64,000 bases of DNA from a bacterium (GTDB lineage Bacteria; UBA8248): NCBI GenBank assembly GCA_965202625.1, contig CBDBBI010000010.1:2304001-2368000 (forward strand), read 5' to 3'. Below, one piece after another: positions 20,543-30,368 of this stretch. Position 1 is the first letter of the stretch, and each line of letters opens with the position of its first letter. A model generated the notes under the pieces. The model was not told the origin of the DNA. It saw nothing but the letters and a program-made list of their open reading frames with translations, and made no database searches. The translations under genes and the position numbers were made by a program.

Positions 20543-20860
20543 TCAGAATACGCCGGGAACCGGAAGGCCGCCGGTGAGCTTCTTCATCTCCGCAGACATC
20601 ATGTCCTTGCCCTTTCGGGACGCCTCGTTGCACGCGGCGCGCACGAGATCCTCCAGCATCTCCACGTCCTTCGGGTCCACCACCTGGGGGTCTATCTTCA
20701 CCCCCACCACGTCGCCCGCACCATTGGCGGTCACCTGCACCATGCCGCCGCCGGAGGAGGCCTCCACAGTCTTTTTCGCCATCTCTTCCTGAAGATTCGC
20801 CATCTTGTCCTGCAGCTGGCGTGCCTGCTTCATCAAGTTGCCGATACCGCCTTTTAGCAT
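20543..20860 (-). CDS. ybaB: YbaB/EbfC nucleoid-associated protein
   Basis: LMKQARQLQ, GGGMVQV, DVEMLEDLV; dnaX-ybaB-recR synteny. Confidence 0.95.
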   Translation of the reverse strand: MLKGGIGNLMKQARQLQDKMANLQEEMAKKTVEASSGGGMVQVTANGAGDVVGVKIDPQVVDPKDVEMLEDLVRAACNEASRKGKDMMSAEMKKLTGGLPVPGVF

Positions 20861-20888
20861 GAGAAGCTCCCCAATGTTCTCTACCGGC

Positions 20889-22679
20889 CTATGCGGAAGA
20901 ATTCCCGCTCGCGTTTCGCATCCGCCGGGGGCGGATGTCCACTATCTTTCCGTTGAACAGATCCACGACCTCCTGAATGGCGACGCTCTCCGCCTCCTCC
21001 GCCTGCTGGGCGCGCCCCCCGTCTTCTTTCTTCGGTTTCTCCCCTCCGCCTTGTGCGCCCCCCCCGTTGCTCTCCGCCGTCGCTATCTCGACTTTGACGC
21101 TCCACGGAGAATGCGTTTTGAAGAACGCCTCCAGTGCGGGCAGCACCTCCTCCGCCATATGCAGACTCTGCGCGTTTTGGTTCTCCGGCACCAGGGTCAC
21201 GCGGATGCGTCCCGCCGTCTCCAGGTCAAGGGCGGCGCCGTGAAAAATCACGCGCCTCGTCGCGCGCAGGGATTCCACCGCTCCCCCCCAGGAGGTGCGC
21301 ACGCGCTCCGCATCCCATTCCCCTGTCTCGGCCCTCGGGGCGGGCACCCCTCCCGAGGCGGCGGCTAAGGGCGCGGACGCTGCGCGCGGCGCGGCATCTT
21401 TTGCGGCTTTTGCGGTCGTCTCTCTCACAGCACCGGAGCGCGCGGTACCGGAGGAGGATGCGGCGGGGGAGGGCGCGGCGGGGGACGTCCCCCCGCTCGG
21501 TGTGCGCACACCGGACGCAACCGCCCCGCGCATGGATTCGAGCCTCTCTAGCAAGACGCCCAAATCCGCCAGCGGCTCAATCTGGCACATCCGCAAAATG
21601 GCTATCTCAAGCGTCATGCGCGGGTAATTCGAGGTTCTGAGCTCCGCCTCCGCCCCTTGGAGGATGGAATACGCCTGATGGGCATCGGCGAAGCACATTC
21701 TCTCGGCCACCTTCTTGCGCTCCTCCACCTCCGAGACGGCCACGTCGAACAGGGCGGCGTCGTCTCCGGCGGAGAGGAGTACCATGCAATCGCGCAAATA
21801 CGCCAACAGGTTCGCCGAGAAGAGTTTGAGGTCGTGGCCCGCGTCGAACAAGTCCTTGAGCGTGGTGAGAGCACGGCTGCCGTCGCGCTCGACTATCGCC
21901 TCGACCAGCCCCTTGTAGATGCTCCCCGGCGGTACGCCGACGACCTCTTCCACCGCTTCGCCCGAAATCGGATCGGCGGAGGAGAAGGCGAGCACCTGAT
22001 CGAGCAGGGACTGCGCGTCCCGTATGCTGCCCTCTCCCATGCGCGCGAGCATCTTGATCGCCGCCGGCTCCATCTCCCTGTTCTGCTCCTTGACGATGCC
22101 CTCAAGGTGTGCGGCGATGACGGAGGTCGCAATCCGCCGAAACTCGAACACCTGGCAGCGGCTCAGAATGGTGTCGGGAACCCCCTTCATCTCCGTGGTG
22201 GCCAGAATGAACACGACGTGGGGCGGCGGCTCCTCAAGCGTTTTCAGAAGGGCGTTGAAGGAGCTCTTCGAGAGCATGTGCACCTCATCGAAAATCACCG
22301 TCTTGTAGCGCCCCCGCGCGGGATGGTAGCGCAGCCCCTCTCTGAGCTCGCGCACGTTGTCCACCCCCGTATAGGTGGCGGCGTCGATCTCCAGAACGTC
22401 GGGGTGCCCCCCCCTCGTGATCTCCGCACAGGATCCGCACTGGTTGCAGGGCTCGGCAACAGGAGCCTCTCCGGCTTCTCCGCCTTCGCAATTCAGCGCC
22501 TTGGCGAGAATGCGCGCGGTGGTCGTCTTGCCCACGCCGCGCGTTCCGCTGAACAGGTAGGCGGATGCGACGCGCCCCGAGGCGAGCGCGTTGGAGAGCG
22601 TGCGCCGAACGTGCTCCTGGCCGATGAGGTCCTCGAAGCGCTGCGGCCGCCACTGCCTCGCACTCCCGATGAAATCCAT
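20889..22679 (-). CDS. dnaX: DNA polymerase III subunit gamma/tau
   Basis: ARQWRPQRF, GTRGVGKTT, DEVHMLS, LLKTLEEPP, SRCQ. Confidence 0.97.
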   Translation of the reverse strand: MDFIGSARQWRPQRFEDLIGQEHVRRTLSNALASGRVASAYLFSGTRGVGKTTTARILAKALNCEGGEAGEAPVAEPCNQCGSCAEITRGGHPDVLEIDAATYTGVDNVRELREGLRYHPARGRYKTVIFDEVHMLSKSSFNALLKTLEEPPPHVVFILATTEMKGVPDTILSRCQVFEFRRIATSVIAAHLEGIVKEQNREMEPAAIKMLARMGEGSIRDAQSLLDQVLAFSSADPISGEAVEEVVGVPPGSIYKGLVEAIVERDGSRALTTLKDLFDAGHDLKLFSANLLAYLRDCMVLLSAGDDAALFDVAVSEVEERKKVAERMCFADAHQAYSILQGAEAELRTSNYPRMTLEIAILRMCQIEPLADLGVLLERLESMRGAVASGVRTPSGGTSPAAPSPAASSSGTARSGAVRETTAKAAKDAAPRAASAPLAAASGGVPAPRAETGEWDAERVRTSWGGAVESLRATRRVIFHGAALDLETAGRIRVTLVPENQNAQSLHMAEEVLPALEAFFKTHSPWSVKVEIATAESNGGGAQGGGEKPKKEDGGRAQQAEEAESVAIQEVVDLFNGKIVDIRPRRMRNASGNSSA

Positions 22680-22747
22680 GGAAGAATCCGCCCTGAAGGA
22701 TGAGACGACGTGGAACGGGTTTCGCATTCCAGGAGAAACGCGCGGAG

Positions 22748-22880
22748 CACGCGATGGAGTCGACCGGCCAGGCACCCTCGTGGCACCCGGGAGTGTCCGC
22801 TTACCGCTGCTTCCTTCCGGACCTGACGGGATTCACAGGCTCCCGCCGCACAAGACCCGGCCGGCCGACTCCATCGCGTG
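22748..22880 (-). ncRNA. ffs: SRP RNA (4.5S)
   Basis: Minus strand GTCAGGTCCGGAAGGAAGCAGC domain IV inside a long hairpin; upstream of dnaX; ends approximate. Confidence 0.92.
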
Positions 22881-23118
22881 CATCCAGCGAGAATCCTATC
22901 CCGAACCCTGGTTTTTTGAAAGTGCGGAAATCCAACCGGCCCATCGCATCACGGAAAAGGCGGCCCATCCGTCCTGCGGGGTGCGCGCATCGGCGTTTTC
23001 GTGTGTAATGGAGCGCGAATTGTTTTTTACCTCGCGCGCGCGCAACCCCCCGAGGGAGGGATGGGGCTTTCGTCTCGCGCCCGACAAAGAACGACAAGGA
23101 AGGAGGGCCACCCGACGC

Positions 23119-23982
23119 ATGGCAACCTCCAGAGTCGTCGAACTCGCGGCGAAAAAGGTATACGTCCTCCAGAATGCGCTTCCGCTGGACGGCCGCATCA
23201 GCGCCTATCCCCTGAGTGCGCGCGGCTACAGCGTCTCGAACTGCTACCTCCTCAAGGAGGAGGAAGGCGCGCTTCTGCTCGACACCGGCTACGCCGCCCA
23301 CGAAGCGGCGATTCTCGCGCAGCTGGAATCCCTCATCCCGCCGGACGCGCCCCTGTCGCTGCTTCCCCTTCGCCTCAACGAATTCATGTCGGTGGGCAAC
23401 GCCATGGCGATCGCCCGGCGGTTCAACGTGGCGGATTGCTTCTCCTCCGTGCCGAGAATCAACGAGTGGCTCGCGTTCGAGACGACCGACCCGACGGGCG
23501 AGAGCGGCGGTGCTCCCGTCCTGCTTCCCACCACCATCCTGAAGCCGCTCCAGCGCGTCCAGATCGGTGCGAGGCAGGTCGAGGTGTTCAACGCACCGAT
23601 TCGCCTCATCAGCACGCGCTGGATTTATGACGAGGCCGCACACACCCTGTTCACCTCGGACATGTTCAGCCACGTGTGGGGAGCGACCGCCGAGGGCCCC
23701 TGGATACGGGAGGAGGACACGACGACGCATGATTTCGTTCGCTCCTTTTTGCTGAACACGCGCTACTGGTGGCTTGAGGGGGCGCACACGCGCACTCTCC
23801 GAAAAGGGATCGCCGCCGTCTTCGAGCGCTACGATATCGAAACCATCGCTCCGGGCTACGGCGCCGTTCTGCGCGGACGCTCTCTGGTCGAGCACCAGTT
23901 CTCGGTTCTCGACGAGGTGCTGGCGCGCCTCGACCGCCGAAGCTGCAAACCCCAATACGTCGCCCTCGGCGTGGAGAGATAG
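23119..23982 (+). CDS. Metallo-beta-lactamase-fold protein (flavodiiron/ODP-like), degenerate metal site
   Basis: NCYLL..LLDTG, LFTSDMF, IAPGYG; lacks HxHxDH. Confidence 0.7.
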   Translation: MATSRVVELAAKKVYVLQNALPLDGRISAYPLSARGYSVSNCYLLKEEEGALLLDTGYAAHEAAILAQLESLIPPDAPLSLLPLRLNEFMSVGNAMAIARRFNVADCFSSVPRINEWLAFETTDPTGESGGAPVLLPTTILKPLQRVQIGARQVEVFNAPIRLISTRWIYDEAAHTLFTSDMFSHVWGATAEGPWIREEDTTTHDFVRSFLLNTRYWWLEGAHTRTLRKGIAAVFERYDIETIAPGYGAVLRGRSLVEHQFSVLDEVLARLDRRSCKPQYVALGVER

Positions 23983-23991
23983 GCGGCTTCC

Positions 23992-24759
23992 ATGGACAAC
24001 GCGCTTCCCCGTGAAATATCGCCCGGCGTTTTCTGGCTCGGCGACTGCCTCGTCCAGCACGCAAAGGGCAAGACCTATCACTCCTACAACGCGGCCTATC
24101 TCATCGTAGGCACCACATCCTCCATGCTCGTGGAGACGGGGCATCCGAAAGATTTTCCCGTCATCGAGCGGCAGATGCGGGAAATTCTCTCGCGCACAGG
24201 AGGAGGAGGGGCTCTTCGGCACCTGTTTCTGACCCACCAGGAAACCCCCCATTCAGGGGGGCTGGGCCGCGTACTCGATCTCTACCCGAACCTCACCGTC
24301 CACGGAGACATGTCGGACTACCACCTCGCGTTTCCGCAGCACGCGGCACGCTTCAGGGAAATGGCGGTGGGAGACGCCGTTGATTTGGGCGACAGGCGGT
24401 TCGTGGCCGTGGAGCCGGTCATTCGGGATTTGCGGAGTTCTCTCTGGGGCTTCGAGACGAGCGGGCGGGTACTCTTTCCCGGAGACGGCTTCGCCTACAG
24501 CCACTACCACACGGACGGCCACTGCGGGCTGTTCGCCGAGGAGGCCACCTCTCTCGACCTGGTGGACGTCCTGGGAGTGTTCGCCGAGCGTGCCCTGTTC
24601 TGGACGACCTTCACGGACATGAACGTCTATGTCGACAAGCTCGAGGAGCTGATGGACGGGCTGGACGTGCAGGTGGTCGCCCCGACGCATGGCCTGCCCA
24701 TCAGGGACGTCGCCCGCACCATGCCCAGAGTCAGAGAGGGCCTCATCAGGGGAGAGTGA
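23992..24759 (+). CDS. Metallo-beta-lactamase-fold protein (flavodiiron/ODP-like)
   Basis: YNAAYLI..VETG, THQETPHSGG, LFPGDGF, VAPTHG. Confidence 0.8.
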   Translation: MDNALPREISPGVFWLGDCLVQHAKGKTYHSYNAAYLIVGTTSSMLVETGHPKDFPVIERQMREILSRTGGGGALRHLFLTHQETPHSGGLGRVLDLYPNLTVHGDMSDYHLAFPQHAARFREMAVGDAVDLGDRRFVAVEPVIRDLRSSLWGFETSGRVLFPGDGFAYSHYHTDGHCGLFAEEATSLDLVDVLGVFAERALFWTTFTDMNVYVDKLEELMDGLDVQVVAPTHGLPIRDVARTMPRVREGLIRGE

Positions 24760-24778
24760 GAGCGAACGCCCCCAGGAA

Positions 24779-27700
24779 TTACGCTCCCGCCTCCAGAACC
24801 AGGGGCGGCAAGCCCTCCACGATATCGACGGTCTCCAGGCTCACCGTGATCACCTTTTGTATCAGTCGAACGACGTAGCGCGGCGCGTCCGGGCGATTCG
24901 CGTCGTTGACGATGCCGCTTCGCCCGTCCGTCTTCACGCGATATTGATCGATTATCCATTCCAGTGCCGAGCGGTTTCCCAGCCGGTAGCCGAACGCCCT
25001 GGGCGGTATTCCGCCCAGAGTGAGGAAATCGTTGTAGCGGATTTTGGTTTTGTCTCTGGAGAGCTTCATCTTCTCGACGCGCAGGTCAAGCGCCAAGCCC
25101 GGCGTTTCGATGAAGTCCAGGGGATGCTCCGGCTGATCTTCGTAGCCGACGTGGATTTCCGCCAGGCGCCCCCCCGCTTGGGCGAACGCCCGGAAATCCC
25201 GCGCACAGGGGATGCGCGGCAGGTCCCGCTTGAGGTCGCGCGCGTATCGTTCCCGATAATCGGGAGAATGGAGCAGACCATAGACGTAATGGAACACGTC
25301 CCGTTTCGTGATCGCGTCGTCCTTGTAGTGTGCGCGGAATGACGCCAACGCCCCGTCGGTGACGTTCTCCCGACGCTGCGTCCCGTCCTCGGCGTAGGTG
25401 TAGAAGGGGAAAGATTGTTGTGGATCTGCATAAAAATTCAAATCAGGAATTAATGCGCTCATCAAAATAGCAAATTCTTTTCGGCCGTAGCCACCTATAC
25501 AGATCACCCGATTTTCCGTTTCAGTCTCTGGCGTGGGAAAGATGGAAGGAAATCCGCATACCCTTTGATTCATCAGCCTGTCGAAATAAAGGTTCGATTT
25601 CGTGAATGGGCGATAGAGGGACGTCCTCGCCTTTTCCGGTGAGAAATCAATGGATTTTCCTCTTTTCAGTTCTAGCTTCAGCCTGTCGGTCCATTTGATC
25701 TTCTGATCATCATACGCCACGAAATCATCGACGCTCGCGTTCCGACGTTCGCGCCGCTCCCATTGGAACGCCTGCGCATTGTAGAACCCGATCATCCGCT
25801 TCATGTTCTCCATGAGCGCGTCCCGGCGAAAATTATACGCCCACGCATCGCGGTTCGTGCTGACGCCCAGGCTGTAGGTCTTGAAAATCACGTCCTCCGC
25901 CGCACCCCGCACCGCCTTCGCTTTCTTGGTCCCCAACGGAACGAAGGTCTCGAACTCCGCGCGGAGCCCTTCCGTGAGCCACGTATGCCGCACGTCCGGC
26001 TCAAGGACGCGCCAGTCCACGTTGCCGACGTGTTCGCGTTCGTTCAGAAAATCGAATTTCCGCTTTTTATTCCACAGATCGTCCGCCTGATGGTAGAAGA
26101 TGCGCGCCCTCTCCTTTGGCTTGCGCTTCGTCTTCACGAACAGGTTGACGCTCACGCCCACCCGAATGTCGAATACGTTGGAACCGGAAACCTTCACGCC
26201 CTTGCGCGCGTTTCCGCCCAGGTCGAGAACGTAGATAGCGTCGAAATCCTCCACCAGATGCTTGCGCATTCCGTCAAACGCAACGCCGTCGAGAAAGCCG
26301 TTGTTCGTCACGAACGCGACAATTCCCTCCTCCCCGATGCGGTCCGACGCCCAGCGCATCGCCTTCACGTATGGATCGTAGAGTTTGTTTCGGAGCGTCG
26401 CCCTGGAGCTTTCGGCGTAGGTCTCCGCCACCCGCCCGTCCATCGCCTCGTATTTGCGGTTCTTGTTGTTGTCGTTCTCGTTCACCTGTCCCATGTTGTA
26501 GGGCGGATTGCCGATGACGACGAACATCGGCGTTTCCTTCTGCCGCTTCACACGTGCCGCGTTCTCTTCCGTGAACATGGCCAGCTGCCGCTCCTCCGCC
26601 AGCTCGAAGGTGTCCGCCAGGCATATCCCGTGAAACGGGGCGTATCTCCCCGTCGCCTCATAGTAGGCGTGCTCGACGTTCATGGAGGCGACGTAGTAGG
26701 GCAGGAGCATCACCTCGTTGCAGTACAGGGCGGCCTCGTATTTCTCCTCGAGTGCGATGCGGGGAATCTCCCGCATGACGCGCACCATGAAGTTTCCCGT
26801 TCCGACGAACGGGTCGATGACGCACACGCCGGCGTCCGCCAGCGAGCGGCCGAACTCGGCCTCCAGGAGGTGGGCGACGCTTCGCACCATGAAATCGACG
26901 ATCGGCTGCGGGGTATAGACGACCCCGTGCGTGTCGGCGATCTGGATCGAGAAGCCCTGGAAAAACTGCTCGTAGACGGTGTTCAGAAAGTGCTGCTTCT
27001 GCGAGAAATCGCCAATCGTCCGCGCCGTCCCCTCGATGGCGACGTAGAAGCGGTCGAGGCTTCTGAAAAAATTATCGCGGCTGAACGCGTGCTCCGTGAG
27101 TGCGGAGATGACCTTTTCGATCTCCTGGGCGATGACGTTGCGGCGGACGAAGTCGGGGTTGTCGAACACGGTGCGGAAGAGCCGCTCGGTCAGAAGGTGC
27201 TGGACGAGCATCTCCTCCACGGCCTCCTCTGCGAGGCGGGGGTTGATGGAGGAGCGGCACTTCTCCAGAAAGCCCGCAAACGCGGCGGTGAACCTGGGGT
27301 TGGTCTGGCGTTCGTTCCGTATCAACTTCGCCAGGCCGCACCCGACGTCGGGTACCTTGTCCTTGAACCGGGCGACCGCCTCCTCCCATTCGGCGATGTT
27401 CGGCGGGCGATGCGAAAAGAAAGTCTGGAGCGCATCGACCAGCTGCGCACTGTCCGTCAAATCCGCGTCGAGAACGCATTCGTCGTTCTGCCAGAGGAGT
27501 GCCCTTTTCGGCGTCTGGAACAAGATGTTGCTTCGGGGATAGCCCGCCTGGAACTTGCTCTGGACTGCGGCGGGCAGGTCGTCGTGGACGTCCTTCGCCT
27601 CCCAGAACCCGTGCGTCAGGTTGAAATCGTCCACCAGCGCGCCATCGACGGCGATGCGCCTGTTCCTCGGAAGGGCGATGGAATGCTCGGGGACGAGCTT

Positions 27701-27853
27701 CCAGCGGAATTGCCGCGCACACGATTCCAGCAGCGACTGAAACGCCGAGCGCACCGCGGTTTCATGCGTGACGCCGAGCCGCTCGAACTGGGCGAGGGAA
27801 TCATAATACGCCCGGACGGGCTTGCGCGTGGGCTTGATGTCAAGGACGGGCAC
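24779..27853 (-). CDS. Single-chain restriction-modification enzyme: nuclease + N6-adenine MTase + Type ISP-like specificity domain
   Basis: DG..GFWEAKD nuclease motif, GVVYTP, DPFVGTG, GNPPY, LYRPFTK, GNRSALEWIIDQY; GTG start. Confidence 0.88.
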   Translation of the reverse strand: MPVLDIKPTRKPVRAYYDSLAQFERLGVTHETAVRSAFQSLLESCARQFRWKLVPEHSIALPRNRRIAVDGALVDDFNLTHGFWEAKDVHDDLPAAVQSKFQAGYPRSNILFQTPKRALLWQNDECVLDADLTDSAQLVDALQTFFSHRPPNIAEWEEAVARFKDKVPDVGCGLAKLIRNERQTNPRFTAAFAGFLEKCRSSINPRLAEEAVEEMLVQHLLTERLFRTVFDNPDFVRRNVIAQEIEKVISALTEHAFSRDNFFRSLDRFYVAIEGTARTIGDFSQKQHFLNTVYEQFFQGFSIQIADTHGVVYTPQPIVDFMVRSVAHLLEAEFGRSLADAGVCVIDPFVGTGNFMVRVMREIPRIALEEKYEAALYCNEVMLLPYYVASMNVEHAYYEATGRYAPFHGICLADTFELAEERQLAMFTEENAARVKRQKETPMFVVIGNPPYNMGQVNENDNNKNRKYEAMDGRVAETYAESSRATLRNKLYDPYVKAMRWASDRIGEEGIVAFVTNNGFLDGVAFDGMRKHLVEDFDAIYVLDLGGNARKGVKVSGSNVFDIRVGVSVNLFVKTKRKPKERARIFYHQADDLWNKKRKFDFLNEREHVGNVDWRVLEPDVRHTWLTEGLRAEFETFVPLGTKKAKAVRGAAEDVIFKTYSLGVSTNRDAWAYNFRRDALMENMKRMIGFYNAQAFQWERRERRNASVDDFVAYDDQKIKWTDRLKLELKRGKSIDFSPEKARTSLYRPFTKSNLYFDRLMNQRVCGFPSIFPTPETETENRVICIGGYGRKEFAILMSALIPDLNFYADPQQSFPFYTYAEDGTQRRENVTDGALASFRAHYKDDAITKRDVFHYVYGLLHSPDYRERYARDLKRDLPRIPCARDFRAFAQAGGRLAEIHVGYEDQPEHPLDFIETPGLALDLRVEKMKLSRDKTKIRYNDFLTLGGIPPRAFGYRLGNRSALEWIIDQYRVKTDGRSGIVNDANRPDAPRYVVRLIQKVITVSLETVDIVEGLPPLVLEAGA

Positions 27854-27881
27854 GTCGTTCTCCCGGCACTCCTTCCATCGC

Positions 27882-28280
27882 CTAGACGTCCTCCACGAGT
27901 TCCCATAGCGTGCCCATCGTGCTCTTCGGCTGAATGAAGGCGATGAGATGCCCGCCAAAGCCGGGCCTTGACTTCTCGTCTATGAGCGCGAAGCCCTGGG
28001 CTTTCAAATCGGCCAGAACGCCGTCGATGTTCTTCACGTCAAACGCCACGTGGTGGATGCCCTCGCCGTGCTCTGCGATGAATTTGGCGAGGTTCGTCCC
28101 CTCCTTGCGGGGCGAGATGGGTTCGATGAGGTCGCCGCCCAAATCCAGCATGGCGAGATCGGTCGCCCCGTCGGCGGAAGTCTCCCGCGCGAGCAATTTC
28201 GCGCCCATGCCCTCATAGAGGGCGATGGCGGCGTCCATGTCCTTCACCGCCACCCCGATGTGATGCACCTTGTTGAACAT
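27882..28280 (-). CDS. Methylmalonyl-CoA epimerase-like VOC protein
   Basis: VHHIGVAV, GEGIHHVAF, IAFIQPKSTMGTLWELVE. Confidence 0.85.
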   Translation of the reverse strand: MFNKVHHIGVAVKDMDAAIALYEGMGAKLLARETSADGATDLAMLDLGGDLIEPISPRKEGTNLAKFIAEHGEGIHHVAFDVKNIDGVLADLKAQGFALIDEKSRPGFGGHLIAFIQPKSTMGTLWELVEDV

Positions 28281-28455
28281 GTCCGCATTCCTCCTCAAGC
28301 CTTCAAAAAATCGACGCGCCATCCTGCCGCGCCGCATTCTATCACCAACGCCCGCGCTTCTCATTGCGCGAAACTATACTTGCGCGCGCGTTTGTCATAT
28401 CCTGAGTGCGTCTCGCAGGCGTCAAGCGAACTACGTCACCCACAAGGAGAAAACC

Positions 28456-29016
28456 ATGGAAGGCCCCATTGACGGACACACCACGTCCACCGTCCCCGGC
28501 GAGCGCGTCATCGACAAACCCGAACTCCCCCCCAAGGGACTCTACACGGATCATATCGTCGACACCGAGATGGTGGAGGGCTCCCTGCAGCTCAAGCGCG
28601 GCAAGGCCGGAGCGTATGAGATATTCTGCGACGAGGGTGCGCACATCGGAGGGACGGCGAAATATCCCTCGCCGATGGCCTACCTGGCGATGGCGACGGG
28701 GTTCTGACTGCTCACCCAGGTGTCGCGGTACGCGCACATGATGAAACTCGCCGTCAAGGGGGCGAGCGTCTCGGTTCGGTTTCGGAAAATTCTGGGCGGC
28801 TCCGTCCTCAAGGGCACGGTGTTCAACAAGTGGGAGGGCGTGGACACGCACCTGTGCGTGGAATCGGACGCACCGAAAGAGAAGCTCGCCCACCTCATCA
28901 AGAACGCCAAGAACGGATGCTTCGCCGAGGGCCTCATCACCCAGCCGGTACCCTTGCACTCCACCGTGGAGGTGAACGGCGCGCCTTTCCCCATCGAGGG
29001 GGTGACGACCGACTAG
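28456..29016 (+). CDS. OsmC-like protein, probable selenoprotein (UGA at 28705-28707, Sec84)
   Basis: PSPMAYLAMATGF-TGA-LLTQVSRYA continues in frame to AKNGCFAE; RBS AAGGAG; hairpin follows the TGA. Confidence 0.85.
28720..28737 (+). promoter_or_regulatory. Candidate SECIS hairpin
   Basis: GTG-T-CGCG-GTA-CGCG-CAC starting at +13 after TGA; bulged U, G-first loop. Confidence 0.65.
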
Positions 29017-29135
29017 ACTCCGGCCGCCGCCTCGCCCCACGAAGCCGAGGCGATGCGGCGGGCCGAAGTCCCTGCCGAAGCGCGCTTATGGAGAAACAGA
29101 CGGGGGAGCCGGAACAAGAACCTGCGGCTGGTTTT

Positions 29136-29386
29136 TCACCCATATCTTGCCTCTATCGCCGGCAATGAAATGATAGGCGGTGAGAACGTCCTGTTGATGT
29201 GAATTCTATTCGTCGTCAGGGGATGTTCCAGGCTGGGCGGCTGATATTGCACCGGCTCCTCTTCCTTGTGAGTCGGCAATTCGTAAAGCCTGCTCACTTC
29301 CACGTATTGCTGATACTGCTTTTTCACCTCTTCCAACGTCGCCATGTAATCATCGGAGATTTTTCTTTCTTGTTTTTTTGAGACAT
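29136..29386 (-). CDS. Small AT-rich hypothetical protein; RBS-linked ATG is out of frame at an A7 run
   Basis: AGGAGG-AAACC-ATG TCT CAA AAA AAC; the long frame (…DDYMATLEEVKKQYQQY…) is -1 relative to it. Confidence 0.35.
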
Positions 29387-29713
29387 GGTTTCCTCCTTTC
29401 TCTTTCTCCTTTCCCATATTCAAGATAAGTCTCACATACCGCACAGGCAAAATCCAGGGTTCTGCACCTTGAGATGAAGCGATCATCATCCTTTTATCGA
29501 TCCCCCCAAGCCTGCGCACAGGAGGCTTTCTGCCGCGTCTTCGGCGTTTTCATCCAGCTCTGCTCGGGTCGGTCAAGCGCAAAACGTTTCCGTATGCCGA
29601 CGTCTTCCGAAAAACGACCGCAATCGCCCGTTCCCCCATTCCGGAGAACTGCTGTAGAATGGCACCCTCGACGTTTGCAAAAAGAAGCAGCCCCCATTCT
29701 GGATGGAGTTCTC

Positions 29714-30166
29714 ATGGAATACTTCGACGCATCAGAAGACGTCTCTTTCGGCTCGCAGCCCGCCCTTGAGGACCTCAAGGCACTCGCCGCCAGAGGAGTC
29801 GCGACCATCATCAACACCCGCTTTCCGGACGAGGAGCAGGGCGCCCTTCCGCCGGCGCGCGCCAGAACCGAGGCCGAAGCCCTGGGGATGCGATACCTCA
29901 ACATTCCCGTCTCGCCCGTAGAGTTCAGCGAGGATTCGCTCGCCGAGGTGGGCCGGGCACTGCGCGAGGCGAAAGCCCACGGCCCCGCCTTCGTCCACTG
30001 AAAGGCGACGGGGCGGGCCGGGATTTGCTCGCTGCATCATCTGGCGGATGAAGAGGACTGGACGGGAGAGGAGATGGAAAAGGCGGCGGACGCCACCGGC
30101 TACAACTGGCGCGAAGCGCGGCTCGCCGAGAAATTTCGGGAGTTTTTCGCCAGGCGGAGGAGATAA
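29714..30166 (+). CDS. DUF442/Blh (TIGR01244-like) sulfurtransferase/phosphatase-fold protein, probable selenoprotein (UGA at 29999-30001, Sec96)
   Basis: QP..EDL..LA..GV.TIINTRFPDE, YLNIPV, then PAFVH-TGA-KATGRAG (family HCxSGxR); 54 further sense codons to TAA 30166. Confidence 0.82.
30012..30033 (+). promoter_or_regulatory. Candidate SECIS hairpin
   Basis: GGCGGGC-CGGGATTT-GCTCGCT, 7-bp stem starting at +11 after TGA. Confidence 0.55.
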
Positions 30167-30368
30167 GCCCTTCCGGCGCGCAAGAAACGAAGCCTGCCTT
30201 CTCAAAATTTCCGCGCGACGTCCGCCCGGGCACCGCACGCAAAGGCGACCGGCGGAGGGATACAGAGCCTCCCACCCGGTCTATGCAAGAGCGTTTCCGA
30301 AGGGGAGCATTGCGTGCAAGCGCGCCGACTGGCGCCGGCGGACGAACGGAAGCAAAACTTCCGTCCCT

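Noticed and set aside
20889-22679. Programmed frameshift in dnaX
   Set aside because: No A-AAA-AAG or long poly-A site noticed by eye
25763-27937. Long antisense ORFs (also 30048-31826, 34229-35986, 44641-46461, 63132-63929)
   Set aside because: Shadows of GC-rich genes on the opposite strand; no recognisable motifs
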